From: Escherichia coli 042
GTDB taxonomy: Bacteria > Pseudomonadota > Gammaproteobacteria > Enterobacterales > Enterobacteriaceae
Direction: 5' to 3' (one strand)
NCBI RefSeq assembly: GCF_000027125.1
Contig: NC_017626.1
Length of the DNA: 64,000 nt
Shown here: positions 23,749 to 34,489 of the stretch, piece by piece
Position numbering within the stretch: position 1 is the first letter of the stretch
Layout of the letters: each line of letters opens with the position of its first letter
Position numbers and translations under genes: made by a program
Notes under the pieces: generated by a model
Databases searched by the model: none
Told to the model about the DNA's origin: nothing
The model's input: the letters and a program-made list of their open reading frames with translations, nothing else

Positions 23749-24966
23749 TTACCTCGTAATATTTAACGCTTTTCGCAAAATAAACGGACAGACGATTAAA
23801 AATGCATATTCCGGGCTAAATATCGAACCGGTAAAAAACAGCGATACCGGAGTAAAAAGATATAATTGCACGCGAAAATTGCGGTTATCACCAAAAGCGT
23901 TGATCATCATTTTTATCACTTTCCCCATGTACCACAGTGATAAAAACACCGCGAACCAGGAAAAATAAATAATCAGCAGATACAAACCATTGTCTATGGT
24001 TTTTCCGACATCCGCACCGTTAAATATTCCGAATGATGCGACATATTCATAAAGTGAGCCAAATCTGACTACACCGTCAATATGGGTCAAAGAATAACCG
24101 ACCATCACCAGCGGACCGACAATACGATAATATGATGACGATCCTTCCGTACCTAAATCGCCCAGACGGGTGGAAATATAAGGAAATGCAATTACCACAC
24201 CAACCAGGAATACAGCCAGAGAAATCAATGCTAACGGTAACTTTTTCTTAATCGCCTCTTTATTCAGATATTGAAATGCCCACTCCAGCAAATAAAACAG
24301 GATAAAGGTCATAACCCCTGAAAACGATCCGGATAATATTATCCCTGCGAGAATCATAGCATCGGTTTTAGGCGTTTTGATACCAAACTGTTTGATGCTG
24401 AGCCAAATTGAGATTAATGCCAGAGCGAAAAATGCCGGTTCGAAATAAAGTGCTGTCGTGCGCTTGCCGCCGAATTTAATGAAATTCAGCACATAGCTGT
24501 TGCTGTAAATCAGATATTTCGAAATCGACTCCATAATACTGCTGCCACCGGTGAGGATAATTTGCGCCATCTCCACCGCCGCCAGCGCCACCACCAGCCC
24601 GACCACCAGATAAAAGAAACGTAATATCTTGCGATGGTTGTGTGGCGAAATTGTTTTAAAGCGAATACTCCACACCATGCCAATAATGATCACAATATAG
24701 ACAAACAGCATGGTTGAAGTGACGTATTTACTGGCATCCAACGACTGACCAAACAGGTAGTTAAACGCCGTGAGTCCCGCACCAATCCCTAAGGCAATCA
24801 TCAATTTTTTAACGCTGATGCGCTCTAAAAACAGCAGTAACAAGACAGGTAAAAAAGTGACGATGGTGATGGGAAAACTTTCGCCAAGCTGGGCGATTTT
24901 GACGTTAACCAACAGGTAAATCAGCGGCAGCAGCAGGTAGCTACAGATTCTGATAGAAGTTGACAT
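23749..24966 (-). CDS. wcaD: colanic acid polymerase WcaD
   Basis: Polytopic membrane protein; start trimmed to [15 protein letters not shown] (ATG at 24966), 405 aa; overlaps the wcaC 3' end by 26 nt. Confidence 0.85.
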   Translation of the reverse strand: MSTSIRICSYLLLPLIYLLVNVKIAQLGESFPITIVTFLPVLLLLFLERISVKKLMIALGIGAGLTAFNYLFGQSLDASKYVTSTMLFVYIVIIIGMVWSIRFKTISPHNHRKILRFFYLVVGLVVALAAVEMAQIILTGGSSIMESISKYLIYSNSYVLNFIKFGGKRTTALYFEPAFFALALISIWLSIKQFGIKTPKTDAMILAGIILSGSFSGVMTFILFYLLEWAFQYLNKEAIKKKLPLALISLAVFLVGVVIAFPYISTRLGDLGTEGSSSYYRIVGPLVMVGYSLTHIDGVVRFGSLYEYVASFGIFNGADVGKTIDNGLYLLIIYFSWFAVFLSLWYMGKVIKMMINAFGDNRNFRVQLYLFTPVSLFFTGSIFSPEYAFLIVCPFILRKALNITR

Positions 24967-26158
24967 ACTCCTCCAGCATCTGTTGTCCACTGTAGGCGGC
25001 GCGGCTGCGCTGGCTGAACTCATCCAGCGTGGTACTAAATATCGCCTGCGCGATTTCCGGTTTGCTTAACTGCACCAGTTGCAGCACGTCTTCTTCACTG
25101 ACGGTTTTACCGCCGGATTTTTGCAGCACTTCCCGCGCCGCGTCGCTATGGGTGGCAATCACCGGCACGCCAATCGATAGCGCCTCACACAAAATTAGCG
25201 GGTAGTTATCGACGCGAGAACTGAATACCAGCGCATCCATCTGATTGAGCGCGCTCATCAACTTGCGCTTGTCAGTTTCAAAGCCGTGATTAACCACGTT
25301 GCCAGCGGTGAACGGCGAGAACTTACCAAAGGTATGCAGTTCGATTTTGTCGCCCAGCGCCATCATCTCGCGTACCAGTTGCTGGTTAGTTTTGCCGTCG
25401 TAACGCAGGTCATGCGCTACCACCGCGATTTTCGGCTTGCCCTGAGTTTCGCGCACCGGAGGCAAGTCCGCCAGAATCGCTTCGGTTGCCATATCAATGC
25501 CATTATTGATAATCCGGCAACGCCCTGGACCGTACAGACTATTGAAAGCATCAGCCACATGCTGGCTGGGGGAAATAAACTGACAGCCCAGCGCCAGCAT
25601 CTCACGGAATAACTGGCGTTTGCCCGCCACCAGCTGGTGTGCGCGATCAATCTTCACCGGCGGATAATTATTTAAGGTCGGGCATTTCTGGCAGCCCGTT
25701 TTCCAGCCTTCGCAACCGTCGGTAAAGGCGCAGCGTCCGGTAACGCTCCAGTGATCGTGCAGCGTCCAGACCAGAGTGACATCCGGTTTGTGGTTTTTCA
25801 CCTTTTCGCAAAAGCGCACCACGCTCTTAAGATTTAGCCAGTAGCTGTGCAGCACATGAAAATGCAGAACCACCGGGCCCGGTGTGCAAGTAATGGTGCG
25901 ATATAACTCATTGAAATTGCCAAACAGATCGCGATTAAACAGACGAAACAGGGCAATGTTCGCCATCGCGGTCATCTGCGGCGTATGTTTGATGACCTGC
26001 GGATAGTTTTGATGGCTGACGCTCTCTTTGCCGCCTTTGCCGTAGCCGTAGACAAAATGTGACGCCAGCCCCTGTTGCAGCGCACGCTGGTGGAGATCTA
26101 ACGCCACACCTGCCGCCCCGCCTTCCGCCAATCGCACATTAAATTGCAGAATATTCAT
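24941..26158 (-). CDS. wcaC: colanic acid glycosyltransferase WcaC
   Basis: 405 aa GT4-like protein. Confidence 0.88.
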   Translation of the reverse strand: MNILQFNVRLAEGGAAGVALDLHQRALQQGLASHFVYGYGKGGKESVSHQNYPQVIKHTPQMTAMANIALFRLFNRDLFGNFNELYRTITCTPGPVVLHFHVLHSYWLNLKSVVRFCEKVKNHKPDVTLVWTLHDHWSVTGRCAFTDGCEGWKTGCQKCPTLNNYPPVKIDRAHQLVAGKRQLFREMLALGCQFISPSQHVADAFNSLYGPGRCRIINNGIDMATEAILADLPPVRETQGKPKIAVVAHDLRYDGKTNQQLVREMMALGDKIELHTFGKFSPFTAGNVVNHGFETDKRKLMSALNQMDALVFSSRVDNYPLILCEALSIGVPVIATHSDAAREVLQKSGGKTVSEEDVLQLVQLSKPEIAQAIFSTTLDEFSQRSRAAYSGQQMLEEYVNFYQNL

Positions 26159-26643
26159 TTAATTACCTTCACTCGCGCTTTTTCTCCCACCACCAGCGCG
26201 TTGTCCGGGACAGAGTCGAGCACCACGCTGCCCGCGCCCACGGTGACGTTGTTACCAAGCGTGATATCACCAAGAATAATGACGTTGGCACCGAGCTCGA
26301 CGCCGTTGCCAATGTGTGGACATGCCATGTTATCGGCACCACGATTGCCGATAGTGACGCCGTGGCGAATGGTGAAATCATCCCCCGCTACCACGTTTTT
26401 ATTGATCACTACGGCGTAACCGTGATGGATAGTGAAACGGCGACCAATGGTTGCGGCTGCCTGGATTTCATAACCGAAAAAGCCTTCGGTGATAATGCGA
26501 TACAGCACCAACAGCGGGGCCGCCCAAAGATTGTTGAGGACGTTCTTTTTGCGCCACACCGAACAAAAATGAGCGGCGCGATAGGCAAGAACCATGCAGC
26601 ACGGGCGTAAACTCCAGCTGTTGGCGCGCAGATCTTCCAGCAT
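26155..26643 (-). CDS. wcaB: colanic acid acetyltransferase WcaB
   Basis: 162 aa hexapeptide-repeat acyltransferase. Confidence 0.88.
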   Translation of the reverse strand: MLEDLRANSWSLRPCCMVLAYRAAHFCSVWRKKNVLNNLWAAPLLVLYRIITEGFFGYEIQAAATIGRRFTIHHGYAVVINKNVVAGDDFTIRHGVTIGNRGADNMACPHIGNGVELGANVIILGDITLGNNVTVGAGSVVLDSVPDNALVVGEKARVKVIK

Positions 26644-26645
26644 CT

Positions 26646-27485
26646 TTAGCGCCCCCGAATACCATCAGCCAGACGTTTGCCGTTACGCACCGACAGCAGC
26701 GTCAACAACGTGCGCCAGGTCATACGTTTATTGCGGATCTGGTAGAGGGTAAACAGCTGATATTTTTTACTGGCACGGTCGAATTTATCTTTGTGCTTGC
26801 GGTAAAAGTGGAAGTATCCGGAGAATTTTTTTGGTGACGAGGTGATCTGCATTTCGCCGTGATTGATATGCAGGATCTGCGTCGCCTCTTCTACTTTCCA
26901 CGGTTCGCCATACTCCACCACCATCCGCAGGAAAATGTCGTAATCCTGTGCCGCTTTCAGTTCGGTATCGAACAAACACTCTTTGAAACGCCACGCCCAG
27001 GTAAAGACCTGATTGCCAATGATATTGCGTTTGTAGAACAGGCGGCGTGAATACGGCGATTTGGGATACAGTGGTAAGCTTGCCGGTTGGGAATAAACTT
27101 CTCCCTGGCATACGTAGTCGTTAGCGTACAAAAAGGCGTGAGTGACCAGTTGCTGTTTATGGGCGAGGAAGACGCTCAGGCGGTTGGGTGTCCATTCATC
27201 ATCATCATCGATTCCGGTGATATATTCCCCTTGCGCCAGCATAATCGCCTGGTTACGTACCGCGCACGCCCCGTTGTTAATGTCGTTGTGAATGTAGGTG
27301 ATACGCGGGTCGTTGAGGGCGGTGACGTACTGTTGCAGCTGTTCCCAGGAGGTGGAGCAATCATCCACGATGATCATCTCCCAGTTACTGTAGTCCTGGC
27401 GCAGGACCGATTTTATCGCCCGAATCGCCAGTTGTTGGCGGTTCCAGGTCGGCATATAGATTGAAATCAGCGGATTGTCTTTCAT
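26646..27485 (-). CDS. wcaA: colanic acid glycosyltransferase WcaA (GT2)
   Basis: 279 aa; GT2 N-terminus ISIYMPTWNRQQ...VDDCS. Confidence 0.88.
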   Translation of the reverse strand: MKDNPLISIYMPTWNRQQLAIRAIKSVLRQDYSNWEMIIVDDCSTSWEQLQQYVTALNDPRITYIHNDINNGACAVRNQAIMLAQGEYITGIDDDDEWTPNRLSVFLAHKQQLVTHAFLYANDYVCQGEVYSQPASLPLYPKSPYSRRLFYKRNIIGNQVFTWAWRFKECLFDTELKAAQDYDIFLRMVVEYGEPWKVEEATQILHINHGEMQITSSPKKFSGYFHFYRKHKDKFDRASKKYQLFTLYQIRNKRMTWRTLLTLLSVRNGKRLADGIRGR

Positions 27486-27549
27486 AGGTTGTTCTCCCGG
27501 AGTGTCGAGATGTTCTGCCGGTTTATAAGCTTGTTTACGGGTTCTGTTG

Positions 27550-27612
27550 CCGGATGCGGCGTGAACGGAGGTCGGATAAGATGCGTCAGCATCGCATCCG
27601 ACAGCGGATCTC
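27550..27612. repeat. REP-like palindromic unit between wcaA and wzc
   Basis: CCGGATGCGGCG...GCATCGCATCCGAC inverted-repeat structure typical of REP. Confidence 0.5.
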
Positions 27613-27613
27613 G

Positions 27614-29776
27614 TTATTTCGCATCCGACTTATATTCGTATTCGTAATAGCCATAATCCTGATACGCGCTGGCGCGGCGGAAGATGGAGTTCAGAATCAC
27701 CCCTTTCACCGGAATACCGTTTTGCTCAAAGCGGCTCAGACTGGTTTCCACTTCTTTCAATGTGTTGACCGCATAACGCGCCACCATTAACGTGGTTCCA
27801 ACATGACGACCAACAATTGCCGCATCGGTCACTGCCAGAATCGGCGGCGTATCAATCAACACCAGGTCGTAGTTTTTACTCGCCCAGTTCACCAGTTCGG
27901 CAAAGCGTTCGCTCATCAACAGTTCAGAAGGATTTGGCGGCACCTGACCGCGCGGGATCAGGTCAAATTTGGCAATAGAGGTCGGTTTAGCAGCGGTAGT
28001 AATATCGCCCTGACCAATCAGAATTTCCGACAGACCATTAACGTTATTAGTGCCCAACAGCTCGTGGGTGTAGCCTTTGCGCATATCGCAGTCGATCAAC
28101 AACACCCGTTTATTGGTCTGGCTGATCACCGCCGCCAGGTTGGCGCAGACAAAGGTTTTACCGATTGACGGGCTAACCCCGGTCATCATCAACACATTGT
28201 TCTGTGCCTGCATCATCGCGAAGTGCAGACTGGTACGCAGACTACGGATGGCTTCAATCGCCAGATCGGTTGGATTCCCCACCGCCAGTAGCTGGCTCTG
28301 TTTATAGCGTTTAACCCCTTTGATGGTTTTGACGCTATCGCGCGCTTTCTGCCACTCCGACAGCGGGATGCTGGCATAGACGCTGATGCCATGTTCTTCC
28401 AGCACCTGCGGGCTTTCAATGCCGCGATTGAACAAAGAGCGCAGCAGCACACCCACGATAGAGAGCATCAGGCCGAAGATAATCGCCCCGAGGATAATCA
28501 GCCCTTTCTTCGGTTTCAGCACACCAGGCTGGGTGATTGCCGGGTCAACAATGCGCACATCGCCGACGGTGCTGGCTTCGGTGATTTTCAGCTCCTGTTC
28601 TTTATTCAGCAGTTGCATATAGACCTGCTGCCCAGACTCGACATCGCGGGTCAGACGGACAATTTCCTGCTGGGTTTTCGGCATCGCCGTTACGCGACCG
28701 TTAAGTTTGGCTTTTTCGTCTTCCAGCGCCTGCCGTTTCTCCAGCAGCGTGCGATACGCCGGGTGAACTTTGGTGTACAGCTTGGAGATTTCCGCTTCTT
28801 TAAAGGTCAGTTCGTTCAACTGCGCGTCGATGTTCACCATCGAATCGAGCACCGCTTTCGCTTCCAGCGGCAGATCAACAGAATCTTTATCCTGACGGAA
28901 GGCATTCAGTTTGTTTTCGGCAACATCGAGGCGGCTACGTACTTCCGGTAACTGTTGCGCGAGGAAAGCGAGGCTTTTCGACGCTTCCGCCGATTTGCGC
29001 TCAATATTTTGTTCCTGATAGTTACGAGCGATGCTGTTAAGAATGTCGCGGATCTGTTCACGATCTTCACCGGTATAAGTCAGGCTCAGGACGCCTGCGT
29101 CTTTGCCGTTCTCCGTTACCGTCAGGCTGTTTTGCAGTTGATTGATCATCCCCAGCGTGGAGTATTTGGTGACGGTAAACTCACTGCCCGGGCGGGCGTG
29201 AATAGCTTCAACCATCAGCGTGACGCCTTCTTTTTTCAGCATCTGGCCCGCTTGCCCACGGGCGCTAAAGCCGCCATCGCTGCTCAGAGTGTAGTTTTTA
29301 TCGTCCAGCACATTAAGCGTAAACACCTGATCCGCCATCTCTTTCGGGCGGTTAAAGGTGGTCACTTTTACCGTCTCGTTCTGGCGTCCCATCAGGCGAT
29401 CCCAGCCCGCACCGAAAATCGGGAACGTGTTTTTGCTCACTGCAATATCGAGGTCGAGATCGTCCACCGTTTTACCAAGCACCAGACGCGAACGAATCAA
29501 CTGGATCTCGGCGTCCGATGCAGGCGGTTTGTTGGCTAATGCAGAGCCAATATCCTGCACCAGCGAATTGCCGCTGCTTTGTTCGATTTGTACCAGTGCG
29601 TCGGCGCTGTATATCGGCGTGGCGAAGAAGGTGTAAACCACGGCACAGAGGGCGAATACGGCGGTGATGCCAATTACCCACCAGCGCGCTTCAATGACGG
29701 TGCCGACCAGGCGACCAATATCGATTTCATCACTGCCCGTTACCGGAGCGGCATGTTGTTTTACTTTTTCTGTCAT
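27614..29776 (-). CDS. wzc: tyrosine autokinase / polysaccharide co-polymerase Wzc
   Basis: Start trimmed to MTEKVKQHAAPVTG (ATG at 29776), 720 aa; Walker A-like GVSPSIGKT and a C-terminal tyrosine-rich tail YQDYGYYEYEYKSD. Confidence 0.9.
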   Translation of the reverse strand: MTEKVKQHAAPVTGSDEIDIGRLVGTVIEARWWVIGITAVFALCAVVYTFFATPIYSADALVQIEQSSGNSLVQDIGSALANKPPASDAEIQLIRSRLVLGKTVDDLDLDIAVSKNTFPIFGAGWDRLMGRQNETVKVTTFNRPKEMADQVFTLNVLDDKNYTLSSDGGFSARGQAGQMLKKEGVTLMVEAIHARPGSEFTVTKYSTLGMINQLQNSLTVTENGKDAGVLSLTYTGEDREQIRDILNSIARNYQEQNIERKSAEASKSLAFLAQQLPEVRSRLDVAENKLNAFRQDKDSVDLPLEAKAVLDSMVNIDAQLNELTFKEAEISKLYTKVHPAYRTLLEKRQALEDEKAKLNGRVTAMPKTQQEIVRLTRDVESGQQVYMQLLNKEQELKITEASTVGDVRIVDPAITQPGVLKPKKGLIILGAIIFGLMLSIVGVLLRSLFNRGIESPQVLEEHGISVYASIPLSEWQKARDSVKTIKGVKRYKQSQLLAVGNPTDLAIEAIRSLRTSLHFAMMQAQNNVLMMTGVSPSIGKTFVCANLAAVISQTNKRVLLIDCDMRKGYTHELLGTNNVNGLSEILIGQGDITTAAKPTSIAKFDLIPRGQVPPNPSELLMSERFAELVNWASKNYDLVLIDTPPILAVTDAAIVGRHVGTTLMVARYAVNTLKEVETSLSRFEQNGIPVKGVILNSIFRRASAYQDYGYYEYEYKSDAK

Positions 29777-29778
29777 TC

Positions 29779-30222
29779 TTATACCTGCTCTGCGTTCAAT
29801 GCCTGCGCCCACTGGCGGGCAGACCGTTCAAGTAATGTGTACACCGCTGCAAACGTTTCCCGGCTTTTGCGATATGGATCGGGGATTTCACATTCGTTAT
29901 CCCAGTGACCAAACAGCATCACTTTGCCGCGCATCTCAGGTGCCATCTCGCATAAGCGTTCGATATGGCGCTTTTCCATGGTCAAAATCAGGTCGTAGTT
30001 GCGACACAGGCTGCGGCTGATTTGACGGGCACAGTGACCTTCCAGAGACAGTTGATGTTCTGCGGCGACGCTGATAGCGGTAGGATCAGCGCCCTTACCG
30101 ACCAGCGCGCCGAGTCCAGCGGACTCCACTTTCAGCTCCGGGTGATAACGTTGCAGTAAGCGTTCCGCCGTCGGGGAACGGCAAATATTGCCGACACAGA
30201 CAACTAATATGTTGTTAAACAT
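29779..30222 (-). CDS. wzb: low-molecular-weight protein-tyrosine phosphatase Wzb
   Basis: 147 aa; N-terminal CVGNICRSP P-loop. Confidence 0.92.
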   Translation of the reverse strand: MFNNILVVCVGNICRSPTAERLLQRYHPELKVESAGLGALVGKGADPTAISVAAEHQLSLEGHCARQISRSLCRNYDLILTMEKRHIERLCEMAPEMRGKVMLFGHWDNECEIPDPYRKSRETFAAVYTLLERSARQWAQALNAEQV

Positions 30223-30227
30223 GACGA

Positions 30228-31367
30228 TTACCAGTTATGAATGTCGCTGGCTGTATCCGTCATGTAACGGACACCGCTAATAGTTGGCAGCAACTGATTG
30301 ATCAGACGGTTCCAGCGGGAAACCGGTGCGGTGGTGACATACACCACGTCATAAGGTTGCAGGCGGAATTCTGTCGCCATCACCAGCGACGTCGCATCGG
30401 ACATATCCAGCTGATAGATATTGGCAATCTTGCCGTTACGCCCGCCCTCGCCTTTCAGCGGACGAATGACAAAGATGCCGCTGGCGTTGGAGGTGGTCAT
30501 GTCGATGCCTTCAGCATTGCCCAGGGCTTCAGTCAGGGTCATACCGCTAAAGTCCATTTTCAGGGTGCTCTGTTTCTTCACTTCACCCATCACAAACACT
30601 TTCAGATCATCATTACGCGGCACGTAGAGAATATCGCCAGGATAAAGCAGTCGGTTCTGATTGAGGTCGCCGTTTTGCATCAGCGCCTGCAAAGAAATGC
30701 GTTCTTCACGACCATTGTGTGTTAGCACCACGTTGCGCCAGTCAGCGGTGTCGGTCAGGCCACCTGCGGCGTTGATGGCGTCGAGAATGGTCAGTGGTAC
30801 GTTGGTGATCGCCTGTTGACCGGATTTATTCACCTGACCGGAGATATACGCTTTTTGCGAGCGGAAGGCGGCGATATTAACGTCCACCTGCGGGTCAGCG
30901 ATGTACGTCGCTAAGCGCCCGGTAATATCACTGCGGATTTCAGCGAGCGTTTTCCCCACCACGTGAACTTTGCCGATATACGGGTAGAACATGGTGCCGT
31001 CAGGCTGTACCCAGTTGCCGGTGTCGCTGGAGCTGCGGTACTGACCGGCTGGCGTGGTGAGCTCCGGGTGATCCCAGACGGTGACATTAAGAACGTCCCC
31101 CGGCCCGACGCGATACTGGTAATTCGCGATCTCACTTTCCAGCGTCATATTGGGGCGCGCTACGTTGGGTCGTGGACGTAATTGGTCAATCAGGCGCGGG
31201 GTCAACGGATAAACATTCACCATTTTGTCGAGATCGAAATCAGCGTCCTGCTGTTTGATGACGTCTTTGCCCATCGTCGACATATTGCTGCCCGGAAGTA
31301 CTGTGCAACCGCTTATCAAGGTTACTGACACCAATAATGGCATCAATTTCATTTTGGATTTCATCAT
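30228..31367 (-). CDS. wza: outer-membrane polysaccharide export lipoprotein Wza
   Basis: 379 aa; lipoprotein signal ending ...LISGCT. Confidence 0.9.
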   Translation of the reverse strand: MMKSKMKLMPLLVSVTLISGCTVLPGSNMSTMGKDVIKQQDADFDLDKMVNVYPLTPRLIDQLRPRPNVARPNMTLESEIANYQYRVGPGDVLNVTVWDHPELTTPAGQYRSSSDTGNWVQPDGTMFYPYIGKVHVVGKTLAEIRSDITGRLATYIADPQVDVNIAAFRSQKAYISGQVNKSGQQAITNVPLTILDAINAAGGLTDTADWRNVVLTHNGREERISLQALMQNGDLNQNRLLYPGDILYVPRNDDLKVFVMGEVKKQSTLKMDFSGMTLTEALGNAEGIDMTTSNASGIFVIRPLKGEGGRNGKIANIYQLDMSDATSLVMATEFRLQPYDVVYVTTAPVSRWNRLINQLLPTISGVRYMTDTASDIHNW

Positions 31368-31545
31368 TGTTTATTTATCACTTTGGCAGAGTAATTATCC
31401 TGTGCACTATTAATAGCAATGTCGCCATGCACATTTACCTTGCAGTTAATTGAATAAAAATTTAACTGGCATCAGTCCTAAAAAAATTGATTTCATCCGC
31501 AGGCTATTGACAGAATAATTCAGACTGGTCTTTCAGGCATCCAGA

Positions 31546-31584
31546 CACGCTACCGCCCCTGGCTTTTTAGCTACCAATACACTG
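31546..31584 (-). promoter_or_regulatory. JUMPstart element with ops (GGCGGTAGCGTG) in the wza leader
   Basis: Minus-strand sequence CAGTGTATTGGTAGCTAAAAAGCCAGGGGCGGTAGCGTG; shares the ...AGCCAGGGGCGGTAGCGTG core with the element at 7230-7268. Confidence 0.85.
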
Positions 31585-31769
31585 ATTTAGCTTAATTTTT
31601 AAAACCCTCTCAACATACAGTCGTTGATGAGAAAGGGTTATTGCGGAAATTAACTTCCGAATATAAGGTGACATTATGGTAATTGAATATTGGCTCTCCA
31701 ATAATGCAGGAGGAAGTGTTACAGCTAACGGAATAGCAGGCAAGGTAACAATTCGGCAATTGGCTATTT

Positions 31770-31785
31770 TTAAGAATTATATTAA
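31770..31785 (-). promoter_or_regulatory. candidate RcsAB-box-like site upstream of wza
   Basis: TAAGAATTATATTAAG partly resembles the RcsAB box consensus TaAGaatatTCctA; the match is weak and the position is not verified. Confidence 0.25.
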
Positions 31786-32025
31786 GTGTCATTCAATATG
31801 GTTTTTAGGAGTTTCTTTAGGTTGACAATATTTAATATAGTGTCTCCACATGCGATATTTCTTAAATAATGTTTTATTATTACCACTTTTAATTCAGGGA
31901 TAATGTGAGGTTATAAACCTCAAATAATATGAGATAAATAGTGCTGCAACATTGCATTTTTGCCCCGATTTATCCATGATCGAATTGTGACATTTGTCAT
32001 ACAACGAATAGGTTTTGTACTTACT

Positions 32026-33609
32026 ATGGAATGGATTGCCGATCCGTCTATCTGGGCCGGGTTAATCACGCTGATTGTGATCGAACTGGTCCTCGGCATT
32101 GATAACCTGGTCTTTATTGCCATCCTCGCCGAAAAACTACCGCCGAAGCAGCGCGACCGCGCACGGGTTACCGGGCTGCTGCTGGCGATGTTAATGCGCC
32201 TGTTACTGCTGGCGTCAATCTCCTGGCTGGTCACCCTGACTCAACCGCTGTTCAGCTTCCGCTCGTTTACCTTTAGCGCCCGCGACTTAATCATGCTGTT
32301 TGGTGGTTTCTTCCTGTTGTTCAAAGCCACGATGGAGCTTAACGAACGGCTGGAAGGGAAAGACAGCAATAACCCCACGCAACGCAAAGGTGCGAAGTTC
32401 TGGGGGGTGGTGACACAAATTGTGGTACTGGACGCCATCTTCTCACTCGACTCAGTGATTACCGCCGTCGGGATGGTCGACCATTTACTGGTCATGATGG
32501 CCGCCGTGGTTATCGCTATCAGCCTGATGTTGATGGCCAGCAAGCCGTTAACCCAGTTCGTTAACAGTCACCCGACCATCGTTATTCTCTGCTTAAGCTT
32601 CCTGTTGATGATTGGCTTTAGCCTGGTGGCGGAAGGTTTCGGCTTCGTCATTCCGAAAGGCTACCTGTACGCTGCCATTGGTTTCTCGGTGATGATCGAG
32701 GCGCTCAATCAGTTGGCTATCTTTAACCGGCGACGTTTTCTTTCCGCTAACCAGACGCTGCGCCAGCGGACTACCGAAGCGGTAATGCGCCTGCTTAGCG
32801 GGCAAAAAGAAGATGCGGAACTGGACGCCGAAACCGCGTCCATGCTGGTGGATCATGGTAACCAGCAGATCTTTAATCCGCAGGAACGGCGGATGATTGA
32901 GCGGGTACTTAATCTTAACCAGCGTACTGTCAGCAGCATTATGACGTCGCGCCACGATATTGAGCATATCGATCTCAACGCGCCGGAAGAAGAAATCCGC
33001 CAGTTGCTGGAGCGAAATCAGCATACGCGGCTGGTGGTTACTGATGGCGATGACGCAGAAGATTTGCTCGGTGTTGTTCACGTTATCGACCTGCTACAAC
33101 AGTCTCTGCGCGGCGAACCGCTCAACCTGCGGGTGTTGATTCGCCAGCCGCTGGTGTTCCCGGAAACCTTGCCGTTGTTACCTGCCCTGGAGCAGTTCCG
33201 TAATGCTCGCACACACTTTGCTTTTGTGGTGGATGAGTTTGGTTCAGTGGAAGGGATTGTGACATTAAGTGACGTCACTGAAACCATTGCCGGTAACTTA
33301 CCGAACGAAGTGGAAGAGATCGACGCCCGCCATGATATTCAGAAGAATGCGGACGGTTCCTGGACGGCGAATGGTCATATGCCACTGGAAGATCTGGTGC
33401 AATATGTGCCGCTACCGCTGGATGAGAAACGCGAATATCACACCATTGCCGGGCTGCTGATGGAATATTTGCAGCGTATTCCAAAACCTGGCGAAGAAGT
33501 TCAGGTGGGGGATTATTTGCTTAAAACGTTGCAGGTGGAAAGCCATCGCGTGCAGAAGGTGCAGATTATACCGCTGCGTAAGGATGGCGAGATGGAGTAC
33601 GAGGTGTGA
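32026..33609 (+). CDS. yegH: inner-membrane TerC-family protein with CBS/CorC domains (UPF0053)
   Basis: Start trimmed to [13 protein letters not shown] (ATG at 32026), 527 aa; N-terminal membrane domain followed by a soluble C-terminal region. Confidence 0.85.
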   Translation: MEWIADPSIWAGLITLIVIELVLGIDNLVFIAILAEKLPPKQRDRARVTGLLLAMLMRLLLLASISWLVTLTQPLFSFRSFTFSARDLIMLFGGFFLLFKATMELNERLEGKDSNNPTQRKGAKFWGVVTQIVVLDAIFSLDSVITAVGMVDHLLVMMAAVVIAISLMLMASKPLTQFVNSHPTIVILCLSFLLMIGFSLVAEGFGFVIPKGYLYAAIGFSVMIEALNQLAIFNRRRFLSANQTLRQRTTEAVMRLLSGQKEDAELDAETASMLVDHGNQQIFNPQERRMIERVLNLNQRTVSSIMTSRHDIEHIDLNAPEEEIRQLLERNQHTRLVVTDGDDAEDLLGVVHVIDLLQQSLRGEPLNLRVLIRQPLVFPETLPLLPALEQFRNARTHFAFVVDEFGSVEGIVTLSDVTETIAGNLPNEVEEIDARHDIQKNADGSWTANGHMPLEDLVQYVPLPLDEKREYHTIAGLLMEYLQRIPKPGEEVQVGDYLLKTLQVESHRVQKVQIIPLRKDGEMEYEV

Positions 33610-33946
33610 TGGTATCGGCCATTTTACCCAATGCTGCGTAACGCCTTATAACTTCAGCAATGAAGCGATGTCTGTGGTACATGGACATCACAGCGGGGGT
33701 GTGGGTCCGGCTGTAAATCGCCGAATCGTTTCCTGTAGGCCGGGGCAGCCCACATGGATGTGGGCTGAGGGCGCGTTTTACAGGGATGTTACCTCGCGCC
33801 CGTACCCGATAGCCGAAAGGAATAAGATGAGGGAACCGCGCCAGCGGCGATTTACCGCCGGGAGCCCGGGTTGCCAGGGTGGTGGCGATTGAGCCACCCT
33901 GGCACGTTCACCGGCTTGAGCGTTCCATAGTAGCGAGGAACATCAA

Positions 33947-34168
33947 GTGAACGGAACAGCCTTCGATCTTACATATTCAGAATATAATGGTGCCGCCGCT
34001 CGCGATGCTGATGGGATCTATCGCGTCATGTATGTCGCAAAATTTGAAGAAGCGGTTTACGTATTGCATTGTTTTCAAAAGAAAACACAGACTACCAGTC
34101 AATCGGATATTGATTTAGCCAAACGACGCTATAAAGAACTTGTTCAGGAGCGGAAAAATGAAAATTGA
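33947..34168 (+). CDS. RelE/HigB-2 (Gp49-like) family toxin, apparently N-terminally truncated (possible remnant)
   Basis: C-terminal core ...GIYRVMYVAKFEEAVYVLHCFQKKTQTTSQSDIDLAKRRYKEL carries the LHxFxKKTQ signature. The frame is closed by an in-frame TGA at 33917-33919 and the first start is GTG at 33947, leaving only 73 aa. Confidence 0.5.
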   Translation: MNGTAFDLTYSEYNGAAARDADGIYRVMYVAKFEEAVYVLHCFQKKTQTTSQSDIDLAKRRYKELVQERKNEN

Positions 34169-34448
34169 AACCTTTGATAGTGTGTGGGATGCGGTGAGTG
34201 ACACCCCTGAACAAGCGGAAAATATGCGGATCCGTGCCGAACTTGTTACGATCATTAATAACTGGATTGAACAACAAGGGTTTAGCCAGGCTCAGGCAGC
34301 GTCTGCTTTAGGGGTCACTCAACCTCGCATATCTGAACTTGCCAGAGGTAAGATCCAGATCTTTAGTATCGATAAATTGATCACCATGATGGCTCATGCA
34401 GGATTGCATATTCAACGTATTGAAGTTCAATATCCACATGCTGCTTAG
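34158..34448 (+). CDS. HigA-2-like XRE-family helix-turn-helix antitoxin
   Basis: MKIETFDSVWDAVSDTPEQAENMRIRAEL...GFSQAQAASALGVTQPRISELARGKIQIFSIDKL fits the small HTH antitoxin pattern; AGGAG Shine-Dalgarno at 34146-34150; ATG at 34158 overlaps the toxin ORF 3' end. Confidence 0.7.
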   Translation: MKIETFDSVWDAVSDTPEQAENMRIRAELVTIINNWIEQQGFSQAQAASALGVTQPRISELARGKIQIFSIDKLITMMAHAGLHIQRIEVQYPHAA

Positions 34449-34459
34449 TACTATAAATA

Positions 34460-34489
34460 CAGATGGCGACAAATTGACGCCGCCATCTG
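34460..34489. terminator. hairpin between the convergent antitoxin gene and asmA (possible bidirectional terminator)
   Basis: CAGATGGCG...CGCCATCTG inverted repeat; no strong U-tract, so the call is tentative. Confidence 0.35.

Noticed and set aside
33584-33892. 102-aa ORF overlapping the yegH 3' end and extending into the TA leader
   Set aside because: It overlaps yegH, has no Shine-Dalgarno, and has a Gly/Arg/Pro-rich composition; probably non-coding, though it shares its frame with the toxin ORF.
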